Positions 51,409-61,904 of a DNA stretch of 64,000 nt are shown piece after piece. The translations under genes were made by a program, and so were the position numbers. This DNA is from Carpediemonas membranifera BICM. Lineage: Eukaryota; Protista; Fornicata. How positions within the stretch are numbered: the first letter of the stretch is position 1; each line of letters opens with the position of its first letter. The notes below the pieces were generated by a model. It was not told the origin of the DNA, did no database searches, and worked only from the letters and a program-made list of their open reading frames with translations. The stretch is from assembly GCA_019828565.1 (NCBI GenBank), contig JAHDYR010000053.1:98214-162213 (forward strand), in the 5' to 3' direction.

Positions 51409-53350
51409 GCACAGGTAGCTGTGTGAAAATTGGTCTTAAAGTGCATTTCGCGACAGCTAGCTGTGCGTCGCAACGAGAGAAGTAGCAGTGGAAAACAAGC
51501 CAGGACTGGCTTATGAATGGTGTTTATGGACATCAGCTATGCTCCAATCATAAACTCTTCCTCTTTACAATGTCAGATGAAGGAAAAGACGATACTGTCG
51601 GCAGTATCGCTCTCTGAGCGCATTGTGCCCCCTTTGCAGCGTATTCTTTCTATTCGTCAGTTCGCCATTTCAGTCTCGTTGCGAGCATAAAATGCACACT
51701 TGTGCATTCGAGTACAGTGACGAAATCCCTCAATAGGCTACCAACAGTGCATTTAATAATCAATATCAACGCCAAAACGCGTGTAGTTTGGAGCCATGCA
51801 TTCAAATGGCTGATAATGCATTCGTCCTTTTCTTAATACAACATCAACTCCTTTTTCTCCGCAATGCAGATGAGAATGCCTATTCTCGCGATCTATAACT
51901 ACCAATCATGTTTTCATTCTTTACTCATACTTGCCGCAGATGCACACATCCAGTGAGATCTCTCCTTCCTCATTGCCCGTCAAACACGAGCCCTACCTCA
52001 ACACCTTCTTCCATAGACCATCCACTTGACCTTCAAACAGAGGTCGACTGAGTGCCAAAAGCTGCACATGGTGTTTAGTCAACGGCCTATGGCGCACTGT
52101 CTTGTCGAAAGCAGACCGTAGCTTTGACTCAGACTGGCTGGATGTTCCCATTCACGAGCAGGGACACACTCATGATATTTGCATATGTAAGAGATAGTAA
52201 AGATCGGATTTAGTCTCGCGGTATCTCACGTGGCCCAGAGCAGCGTGCTCCTGGAATCAACAGGGCACAAAACACCCTGCGTATTCCGGTAGCACACCGT
52301 TCTGACTCATACGTCCGTCTCTGGTTGTCGTATACAGGTCTATTTACGTGTTTGGTGATGGCGCTCCCTTAAATCTGCTTGAACAGCGTGTCGTGGCTGT
52401 CAGTATGCTGCATATGTCTCAGCGAGAAAGGAGTCACCAATCGCGTTCAGCTTTTCTTGTTTCTCGCCTGATAAGGCTCGTAATATCGTTCAAGCGTGAA
52501 TCTATGAAGTAATGGGACTGAATGGCCTCTATTGCGTCAATTTCTTGCGTAATGGTTGTGGAATGGCCTAGAATAGATGTTGCAGCTGCTTCCAGCTCCT
52601 GTTGCATGCTAAATGCTGTGTTTTGGATAATTGGTCGTGTTCAGGCATAATTTTTTTCATGCAAAGTGCAGGCTAATACCCGTCCTTAAACTGTGGGATC
52701 AGCCGCTGGGTAAATATACTGAGAAAAAAACATATAGCTGAGTTCACTGCCTTGTGCTGAATACGGTGGCGCCATTTATTTCTCTGAATCGCTAAGTTTT
52801 GTCAGCGTTGACCGCGCACGACCGGTCGTCCTTACGCGATGACACCCAGCCCATCTTGTAGGTCGGGTGGCCATACCTCGCGGCCTTGCTTGCTTTTTCT
52901 TTGACGAGCAATATTCCCTGAGTAATAGCCTCTCCTTTTCTTCAATTCGACTCTAGCCAAGTCAAAAAACAAGAAATCGACCATATCTCAAAATCTAACA
53001 GGTAGATTCACTCTGAAAGTGATTATGCGCATATGTACCTCCTTTCAACTACTCACATAATCACTATCGTAGTGAATCTACCTGTTAGATTTTCTGTTAT
53101 TGTCCATTTTATCGTTTCGTCTTAACCTGCACGGCGAAATGCTCAAACCAGGCAAGGAGTCAGAGCCAGAGCTTCTTTCCATGCTCTACGTACATCATAT
53201 GGACTCTAAAGAAGACCTTCGTTTATCTCTAAATAGCTTAAATTTAATGAATACTTCATTTCTGAGCAAGAAATTGTAGATTATCTAGCGTTTTGAGGTC
53301 GAAGATAATCTAGGGTTTAGCAAAGATAATCTAGGGATGTTGACAGTATG

Positions 53351-54444
53351 CCGGCGAGGCCCGTGAAGAGGATGGGCGCATCTACGGCCTGATTGACGGT
53401 GATTGAGCTGCCGTCGGCGAGAGTGACCGACACGGGGTCGATGCTGGTGCGGGGGAGCTGCCATATCTTTGCGTAACGATCACTCGTGCATGAGATTGCT
53501 GCGCCCGTGTCAATGATGGCTTGGAAGTGGGACGTGCCGCATGAGGCGGGCACCTTAAGGGCGTCGGCTCCGCGGCTTTTCGCGAAGTTGACCTGTGTCT
53601 GGGGACCACGTGACTGACGAGAGGGGCAATCTCGGTCGAAGTGGTTGCCCTGACAGTGGCGACAGGGGCGTGCCGGCTGCCGGGTGTTGTCGCCCGAGGG
53701 CCCGGTGTTGCCGTTATTGTTGGCTGGAGTGGAGCTCTGGGCGTAGTAGCCGTATCGGAGAGCCTCCTCGCGGGCGTTGTCGTCGCGTTTGGCAACGCGG
53801 AGGGCAAGGCGCTGGAGATCATCCATGGCGGTGGGCTTGCGTTCAGCCTTCTTGAACTTCATGACCTCCTTGAAGGGCTTCGGACGTAGGTTGTCGGTGA
53901 AGATCCTCATACAGTCTTTCAGAAAGCCTGAGGGGGATTGAGGATCGGGATCGTCGTCATCAGGGGCATCACCGTCGACGTGCCTTACAGGGACGATGGC
54001 TGCTTCTTCGTAGTCGCTGTCGGAGCTGCTGTCGGATTCGGAGTCGGAGTCGTTGTCGTCATCACGTTGTAGTACGGTGTGCAGGTTAAAAACCTCGTTG
54101 AAGCGGTGGATATAGTCTCGGACTAGAACGATTCTAGACTTCTTGTGCGTTGCGTCTACGGCACAGACAATCTTATCGAGACGTTCCTTGAGTGAGAGTA
54201 GGTCTCTTGGAGCGATCAGACGCTCGATGAGGTGACCCACCTCTTCGTCAGTAAGCGTGTCCAGATCGGCATCGAACTGGAGCTCGAGGGCGTTGTAGAG
54301 GTCGTCGTCTAAAAACAGGGAGATCTTGGCCTCGGGGTAGTATACCTGGAACTTTCTGAATGAGCGCTTGGCGGCCCGCCAAGAGTCGGCGGAAAGACCG
54401 GCCAAGGGGATACTGGGCTGCTCTATGGGAGTAGGCAACACCAT
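53351..54444 (-). CDS. gag: Element D gag and protease start
   Basis: CRHCQGNHFDRDC knuckle and IDTGA. Confidence 0.92.
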
Positions 54445-54579
54445 GATGGAGAGTATTAATACTGTGCTCGAGAGGACGGAAAAACAACTTGGTGCTTTTG
54501 TCAAAGAGAAGTCGACACAACAGTGTCGACCGGAATGGCGGATCGAATCGCCAATCAAATAAAATATTTGATTGGCACA

Positions 54580-57500
54580 CTGCCACAGTACGGTGTTGCC
54601 GTTTTCCTGTCTCTAATAGTGCCCGACACGCTATTAGGGCGTAGACATCTGTCCCCGGCACCTTCGCAGGTGGGTTCTTCCCCCACAGGTCTTTTTGTCT
54701 ATGGCGCTCTCCATTCTCTGATGATTCTCTGCGTTCCTCGGACATAGGCGCCCTCTCTTCTGTCCGGGAGATACTCTTCAATGCCCCCACGACCCTGTTA
54801 CGCGATCTACCCGAAGGCGGGGATAGCCACTATGTTCTCTGGGACAGTCTCCGGTTAGGTCGACTGGAATCTCTGAATAAGCCACGCCCGTGCTTGGGGG
54901 TCGTGTGACTCAGCGCTTCACTCCCAGGTCAGCATGGGCTGCATCTTCCGAGTCTCTCCTTTTCCGTTAACAAGGGCGGCAACACTCCCATCCTGCTGTC
55001 TGTTCCCCTACGCCGGGTTCCCAGTATCTCTCAGGTCATTTCGGTCTGCTGCAACCAGTTGTGGGTTTTCTCTGATCTCTTAGCTTTGTGGATTTTCTCT
55101 GTGCCCTCTGCTTTTCTCTCACTCTATCTTGAACCTCTTGTAAATCTTTGCTAATGCTTGGAGTCCAGCCCGGAGGCCTTCCCATTCTCTCTCAGATGCT
55201 TTGCTGAGGATGAAATGCATTTCTTGTATTGGTCTTTCCTCGTACCATTGTTTGTCTGGGTTTGACCCACTTCGCAGTGGCGACTTCTCTGCGTAGCATC
55301 TTGCTTCATTCATAATTTCGGTCCAGCCGGTCCCTCTGTCCACCCCGCTACATTCGTATATTATATGAGAGGCTGACCCTAACCTCTGAGCGGCTGCCCA
55401 TTCTCTAATCCATATCTCTCTCTGCGCCTCAGGTGGGTTTTCTCTGGTGATTCTGTATAGGAGATCTAGCTCCGGTTTTGCGGAGCATAGCGGACATGTT
55501 CTTTCCATGATCTCTTTGTCTCTTAGGTTCCTGGTTAACATGCACAGTGCTCTCTTGGGTCCTTGCCCTTTCCCAGCTGAGCTGGGCGATGGGCAGATAT
55601 TTGCTGCCACTGTCGCTATCTTTGACCATTCTCCAAAGGATTGTCCGTTCGCAGGCTTTCTCTTGATCAGTGCTTTGCCCATAAATGCTCTGCTTGCCAG
55701 TCTCACCCCCATTACATCCATCATTGACCTTGCAGTCTTGCTCTTCTCTCTGCTGGCGTATTCATTCCAGATGAGCTTGGTGCCCCATGCCAGTCGGCTC
55801 TCTATTGATGACTCTGGGTTGGTGTCCTTGAGGATTTGCTCTGCTCTCTTCTTGGTTTTACCCATTATTGTCTCTGGTCCCCAAACCAAATCACTTATTG
55901 GGGTGTCCCATTTCTCGAATGCTAAGTATCTCTTCAGTGCGAGGGTATCTAGATGTGTCTCCAAATCTGGCCAGCCGTTCAATGGCCTCATAGCCGCTCC
56001 ACCTCCCGGGCCTGTCCCAGCTATAATGCCCTGCCAGTCGTTCCATATTTTCTTCCCTCCAGGCTCGTGTCCCCATATCTCTATTCCAAACATGATTCTG
56101 GGCCATATGTATGTCTCTAGGAGTAGTCTGGCAGTCTTTGCCGGCATGCTCTTTCGGGTCCATCCTGTCCACCTTGCCAGATTCTTATATCTTTCACTTT
56201 GATACTTCTTTCTCATCATACAGGCCACTAGAGGGTCATTCCCACTCGACAGCCAAATTTCTAAGTATCTCGCTTCCTCTGCCGCCCACAGCGTTACCCC
56301 GCCCAGCCTAATTACTGCTGTTCTATCTCTACTTACCATCAAATTCTTTGAGGCATTTGCCCTCATTTCATGCTCTTCTATGATCTCTAGCATCCACTCC
56401 GCTAGTCTCTTTGCCTCCTCTGGTGTGTCTGCAGTGACTGCCGTGTCATCGACGAACATGGTTAGGTTGCCTGGCAGGGGATCTTCCCTTGGTTCAATTC
56501 TCTTTGGTGCTTCTCTGATGTCGTAGTTCTCTTTTGTTGCTTTCTTCCTTGCCAGGTACGGCCAGTTTGCCATGTATAACAGGAACAAAGTAGGTGCAAG
56601 AACGCATCCTTGCTTCACCCCTCTGTTTGTTCTCTCCCACCTGGTAGCTCCTTTCACTGTGATCCACGTCTCCTCTAAGGTACTCTGTATTGCCCTGATG
56701 AGGTGACTCTTGACTCCCATCCTTTCAAGCTTGTCCATCAGGATGTCTCGTGGGACGGTGTCATATGCTTTCTCTATGTCTAGGAATATCGACGTGGTAC
56801 CTTTGCCACTCTGGTGTCTCTGGACTATGTATTGAATCTGCTGGATCACCTCCTTCTCAGTCTGGAACCCTGCTTGTTCTCTTGGTATATAACTCTTCGT
56901 TGCTTGTTCCAGTCTGTTCTTCAGCAGCCTTCCGTAAACTCTATATAGTAACGGCGTGAGCGATATTGGCCTATAGCTCTCTGCCTTGACCTTGGACTTT
57001 CCGGTCTTGTGTATGGCCGATATGGTCGCGTACTTCCATGTGGTCGGAATCTGGCCTTCTCTATAAATTTTGTTGATCAGCCTCGTGATTTCTCTGATGC
57101 TTTTCGTGCTTAGGTCTCTGATCATTTCTCCTGACACTTGGTCCGGCCCCACGGCCGTGTCTCTCTTTATTCTCTTGATCGCTGCTTGAACCTCTACTGC
57201 TTGGAACTCTCTCTTTGGCGCATGCCCCTCCCAGCTTCTCCACACAGGGTCTCTCCCTTGGCTTACTGTTGCATATTGCTTCAGTAGTGTCTCTCCGATG
57301 ACTGTTTTGTCTGTTGTTATACATCCGTCTTTGATTAAACTGTTAGGCATTCCCTTGTATTGGTTTTCACACCACCATCTCTTGATTGCTCCTTCTATGA
57401 CCACTCTGCTAGCTCTGTATCCAGCTTTGATGCTGGACTCAACATCTTGCACCCAGTCTATGCGCATTTTTTCTCTAAAATCTCGGAGTTCTCTTTGCAA

Positions 57501-58835
57501 TGTTTCCTTTTTCCTCAAATTCCCGTCCTCACTCCAGGGGGTGAGACCGATTTCGGACCACACTGCTGTTGTATACACCGGGTCTCTCTCTGTTTTCCTC
57601 TTCCTAGAGCGCGGTATCTCTTCTCCTATGTCTCTCCTGACTCTTGTTTCCCATTGGTCTATTGATTGATTGGGTTTTAGGTGACTTACTCCGGCGCTGC
57701 CTTCTCTTGCCTTCATTGGCCATACATTCGCGTTCGCAATGTCAACCCACTCCTCCTGGCTATCTCTCTTGTTGAAGTCTCTCTCTTCCCAGGTGAGAAT
57801 GATTCCCTCATGGGCTGAGCCCCAGACCCCCAGGTTGCCCGAATCAATCACTTCCGCCGAACAACTCTGGATATTCCTTGATACCAGTGCATAGTCTGGT
57901 GTGGTACCGGCTGAGGGGTAGGAGGGTCTCACCGGAGCTATTACCCTGAGGCCATAGTCTCTCAGTAGCTGCCTCCATCTACCACTTCTGTTCATACCTG
58001 ATGCTGGTTCGTTCCAGTCTCCAACTAGTATGACCTCCATATTCCCTTTTGTTTCTAGTAAGTCTCTAATATCATTGCGGAACTTATCCTTTTCTGCCGC
58101 CGTGTGGTTAGATCCTGGGGCGTATACTGTTACCACCAACACATCTCTGCCTGTTTTCAGTATGCTTGCCTGTACTCTTCCCGAAATGCTGTCTGTGATG
58201 CCTACTTCCCATGTTCCTCTGGCGTGAGGACTTATTACCGTCGCTACTCCTTCTCTGGTTGTTCTCTTCCTTATGTTCGTGAAACCCTGCGGTGGTGTGA
58301 TTCCTCTTCTCTTCAGATCTCGCGCTGCTCTGATGCTGGTGGTTTTCTCTTGTTTGTATTCTTCTTGGACCGATTCCTCAGTTTCTTTTCCAGCTAGTGC
58401 ATACTGTAAGTCCACAAAGCTATCAATCTTTGTATTCGCTGTTCTCCATGTCTCTTGCAATAGTATACCTTCAACTCCATGCCTGTTTGTCTGTAACATT
58501 GTTGCTATGGATGGAGTAAAGTCCTTCCCTTTCCCAATATGTCCTTGTGAGTTAAGGCTTGCTATCTTCATTGTTACCATCTCTAGCTTTGTTGTTCACT
58601 AAACTGCGGAAATTCCGCTTAATTTGAAATCTCTGTCCATTACTTAGGTTCCAGTGTCGGGCCGGAGGTCCTTAGCGCCGGCCGAGCCTCAGTTGGGCCC
58701 GCAGTGACCGTCGTTTTCACGAGGCAGTGTGCTTAGGAGGGGGCGCAATGGCGGGACCCCCCCTTTGGCTGCCGCCGCAGCCCACTGGCAGTGCCTTATT
58801 GGCCAATGCCAGACCCCTTGGGAGGAGGGGCTTGG
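54580..58835 (-). mobile_element. Non-LTR retrotransposon (LINE); boundaries approximate, no poly(A) end visible
   Basis: APE-RT ORF preceded by a GC-rich leader; the purine-rich - strand continues up to the LTR of D. Confidence 0.8.
55119..58580 (-). CDS. APE endonuclease-reverse transcriptase with C-terminal CCHC
   Basis: APE motifs SLNSQG, LLQET, VYAP, GDWN, DYALV and SAH; RT motifs YRPISL, FLDIEKAYD, GVKQG and FVDD; C-terminal CPLC..HIIYEC. Confidence 0.95.
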   Translation of the reverse strand: MVTMKIASLNSQGHIGKGKDFTPSIATMLQTNRHGVEGILLQETWRTANTKIDSFVDLQYALAGKETEESVQEEYKQEKTTSIRAARDLKRRGITPPQGFTNIRKRTTREGVATVISPHARGTWEVGITDSISGRVQASILKTGRDVLVVTVYAPGSNHTAAEKDKFRNDIRDLLETKGNMEVILVGDWNEPASGMNRSGRWRQLLRDYGLRVIAPVRPSYPSAGTTPDYALVSRNIQSCSAEVIDSGNLGVWGSAHEGIILTWEERDFNKRDSQEEWVDIANANVWPMKAREGSAGVSHLKPNQSIDQWETRVRRDIGEEIPRSRKRKTERDPVYTTAVWSEIGLTPWSEDGNLRKKETLQRELRDFREKMRIDWVQDVESSIKAGYRASRVVIEGAIKRWWCENQYKGMPNSLIKDGCITTDKTVIGETLLKQYATVSQGRDPVWRSWEGHAPKREFQAVEVQAAIKRIKRDTAVGPDQVSGEMIRDLSTKSIREITRLINKIYREGQIPTTWKYATISAIHKTGKSKVKAESYRPISLTPLLYRVYGRLLKNRLEQATKSYIPREQAGFQTEKEVIQQIQYIVQRHQSGKGTTSIFLDIEKAYDTVPRDILMDKLERMGVKSHLIRAIQSTLEETWITVKGATRWERTNRGVKQGCVLAPTLFLLYMANWPYLARKKATKENYDIREAPKRIEPREDPLPGNLTMFVDDTAVTADTPEEAKRLAEWMLEIIEEHEMRANASKNLMVSRDRTAVIRLGGVTLWAAEEARYLEIWLSSGNDPLVACMMRKKYQSERYKNLARWTGWTRKSMPAKTARLLLETYIWPRIMFGIEIWGHEPGGKKIWNDWQGIIAGTGPGGGAAMRPLNGWPDLETHLDTLALKRYLAFEKWDTPISDLVWGPETIMGKTKKRAEQILKDTNPESSIESRLAWGTKLIWNEYASREKSKTARSMMDVMGVRLASRAFMGKALIKRKPANGQSFGEWSKIATVAANICPSPSSAGKGQGPKRALCMLTRNLRDKEIMERTCPLCSAKPELDLLYRITRENPPEAQREIWIREWAAAQRLGSASHIIYECSGVDRGTGWTEIMNEARCYAEKSPLRSGSNPDKQWYEERPIQEMHFILSKASEREWEGLRAGLQALAKIYKRFKIE

Positions 58836-59866
58836 TTTTAGATACAAAGAAAACTATAACTACTCTCTTGCGCTTAGAAAACAAGCTTTAATCTCTGTCA
58901 TCCGAACTCTCTGCATCGCTGTCCGACTCGGCGTCGTAGAGGAGCTTCGCTGGCCGTTTGTCCTCAATACCAGCCATACGAATCAAGATCTATGCGCGCC
59001 AACAGCTCCTACAGCTCAAGGACTCTTGGGATGACGCCACAGCCGAGCGTTGTAAGAACCTCTTCAAGTCCTCACCGCCCAAGAGCCGTGCCTCAGTCGA
59101 TCGCCTGGTCGCAAAAGCCAAGGTCAAGGGTACTATGCGCCGCCCAAACTACCAGCGTGGGGGCCAGAGAGAGCGCTGTCGTCTCAACCAGTAACTCACA
59201 GGCTCCCATCTATGAACGCAAGGTGGTATGTCTGGAAACGTTTCAAGGCCTCTGCAGAGGTTGTTGCTCTCCTCCGTCATGGCGTGCCGATACATCTCAC
59301 TGGCAAGCCATCTCCTCCACGTCCGCAAGCTCGCATCGATCGCAAGATCTTAGCCAAGATCAAGCTCCAGCTCGCATCCGGCGCTCTCGTCAAGTCCTCC
59401 ATAGGTCAGCTCTGTCACTCAGCGCCATTTTTCTCTGTGCCAAAAGGTCCGGAAGACATTCGGGTTATCCACGACCTCAGGTGCCTCAACGCCAAGACCA
59501 GAAACCGCTCGGTCTTCCGCCTGTTCGGAGTGCGGCGTGCAGTTGGACTGCTCGAGCATGGAGACTACATGATCAAGGTCGACCTAAGCGACGGCTATCA
59601 CCAGCTCGGTGTTCGACCATCCGATGCTCCGCTGCTGGGGGTCGTGCTACCCAATGGCCAGGCTTACCACTTCACAGGTCTCTCGTTCGGTTGGACAGCC
59701 GCGCCTTACTATTTCCAGCTCGTCATGATCCAGGCTGCAAGGATCTTAGCACTAAGGTTCAGCGTCAAAGTGTCTGTCTACCTAGACGACTTCATCTTTG
59801 CCCACGCCAGCGCTGCTCACCTGAGTCAAGTCGGCCCCGAGATCATACGTACACTACAGCTATTAG
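58836..59866 (+). mobile_element. DIRS-like (tyrosine-recombinase retrotransposon) fragment: gag end and RT (59212-59866), cut by E
   Basis: DIRS-type RT motifs FFSVPK..RVIHDLRCLN, GDYMIKVDLSDGYHQ, LSFGWTAAPYYF and VYLDDF. Confidence 0.8.
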
Positions 59867-61904
59867 TGTTGTGATATTGATTAGTTCAGTTTTCGCAGTA
59901 TAAAGCACAAGGTTCTAGCACAGTGATCCCTCTAGACCATGAACGTGAAGGTCAATCAGGAAGTCAACAAGCTGACGAGCTCCGCATTATCACCGGCGGC
60001 AATCAAGGAATGGCGACTAGATGCAAAGATCTTCCTTGCTAGCAACGAAGGGTTTCCTGTCGCGCTCTTGCTCGCGCAGGACCTACAAGATCTTGTCAAA
60101 GAGGCCCTGGGAGCCGATGACATCGAGAAGATCACACTCGAGGAGATCATCACCACACTCCAGAGGGAGGTGATCCCAGATTCACTCCTGGAGCTTCGCG
60201 CCAAAATAGAAGGGGTTACGTGCGGTATAAGCACGACCCAGAAGGGCCGTACCGCGGCCATCAGAGAGTACATCAGCGACATCACGCAGTGGACTGACCT
60301 GGCACCGCAAGTCGCAAAGTACGAGAACCTGCCCGACTTCGCCTTCCTGTTCAATAAGGTGAAGGAGGATGTAGCCGTAATCGTCAAGCAAGACGACGGT
60401 GAGTCGAAGGCTGAGATCCAAGAACGCGAACGAGATGCCTCGAGAGACGAGATCGCTGAAGCCCGCGCCAAGACCTTTCTCCAAAAGAAGGCGCGCCAGA
60501 TCCTCGTCGCCAAGCTACGCCCGCCCGCTTTCAAGCGGAAGGTGGAGACGATGCTCACGACGCTACCAAAGGCGTCCTTCTCCGACACCGTCAAGGTCAT
60601 CCGGGCCATGGCGAAGCATGACGAGGCGCTGTCCTCAGCGCCTGACGTCCCAGAGAAGCCTGTTGAGAAGGAGGGCAACAAGAGCGCGCCGAGCTCCGGC
60701 CAGAGCTTCGGCCAAAACTCCAGCGGCAGTACCTCGTCCGCCGGCAAGGCAAGGACCCCCAAGGCTTGCTACATCTGTGGAGAAGTTGGTCATTTTGCCG
60801 ACTCCTGCCCTAAGCGCCGCACGAGGGAGAACGGCGGTCTGCGCCAGAACCCGCCCAAGAGGACGCCTATGGAGGCGAACGCGGTCGATGAGAACGAGGA
60901 AGCCCTGGCCACGGAGGCGGTTATAAACTCCTCCACGTACATGGCGCTCATTGACTCTGGTGCAGGGCCCTCGATTATCACGTCACGAACCTCCCATATC
61001 CTTCGGGAGAGACAGCCAGGCCTCGTGGAAAAGAGTTGCCCACCGAGGTTTATAAGAACAGCGAGTAACGCGCTGGTGAAGGTGACGACGACACTGACCG
61101 TGGAGGTGACCTTACCCCACGTCGGAGAGAGGGAGGTGAGGTTTGAGCAGACGTTCTTGGTCCTGCCAAGCTCTCGTGAGAAGATACTCCTCGGCTGCAG
61201 CACGCTGAGAAGTCTGGGGCTCCTAACACCTGAAGGGCTCCATATCGTTTTCAAACCCGAGGAGAAAGATGAAACAGAAGACTTCCCGTTCGCGAACGAC
61301 TATCTTGAAGCGAACACGACGGAGGAAGTGGAAGAAGGAGTCTCAACGATACATATTCCGGAATCAGAGATCTCCGAAGACCTCAGGGCGCTGTGTGCAG
61401 CGTATGAAGACGTATTTGACCCCCACTTGCCGAAGAACGGTGCTCGAACCGATCAATGTCGATCTGAAGGAAGACGGCCAATTCCGGTAACTGTAAGGTA
61501 AGCCTTACCTTACCTTACGTCAGCAAGTTCGTACCTGATTCTAGCAGACTCCTTAAGCCCCTCAACGCATTGAGGAGCCAGGAGTACGAGATATCCATGT
61601 GGAACGAGGTTTGCCAGGAAGCATTTGACGACTTCAAAAGTCTGGTGCGGAAGCAACTGTCGCTAGCATATCCAGACCTGAACAAGCCATGGACACTGTA
61701 CACCGACGCCTCTGACAACGGGTACGGCGGGGCCCTACTGCAAGGAGAACCAGGGGACGAAGAGATAGTCAGCTTCTTCGCTGGGTCCTTCTCCCCCACA
61801 CAAACCCGGTGGAGCACGTATGAGCAGGAACTATTCGCAATCCTGCACTGCCTCACACGCCCGGACCTAAGCAGCCTGTTCCGCATGCACCCATCGGTGA
61901 CTGT
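59867..61904 (+). mobile_element. Ty3/gypsy element E: putative 56-bp LTR (59867-59922), gag-PR (59939-61501), RT core deleted, RNase H cut by F
   Basis: CYICGEVGHFADSC and IDSGA are followed directly by YVSKFVPDS..YTDASD. Confidence 0.85.

Larger units (their letters stand above)
43941..53350. mobile_element. T3: 9.4-kb non-autonomous CMC-like DNA transposon
   Basis: 75-bp TIR CATACTGTCAAC.. (1 mismatch) containing CTAGATTATCT repeats; 2-bp TSD CC; removal restores the protease of D. Confidence 0.95.
18182..54579 (-). mobile_element. Ty3/gypsy chromovirus-like element D, interrupted by A and T3; 5' LTR 54463-54579, 3' LTR not found
   Basis: gag-PR (53351-54444), PR-RT-RH (42131-43940) and INT (18182-19245) rejoin in frame (FTGLAG|FPVAV and CPHCQL|HAP). 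Confidence 0.85.
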
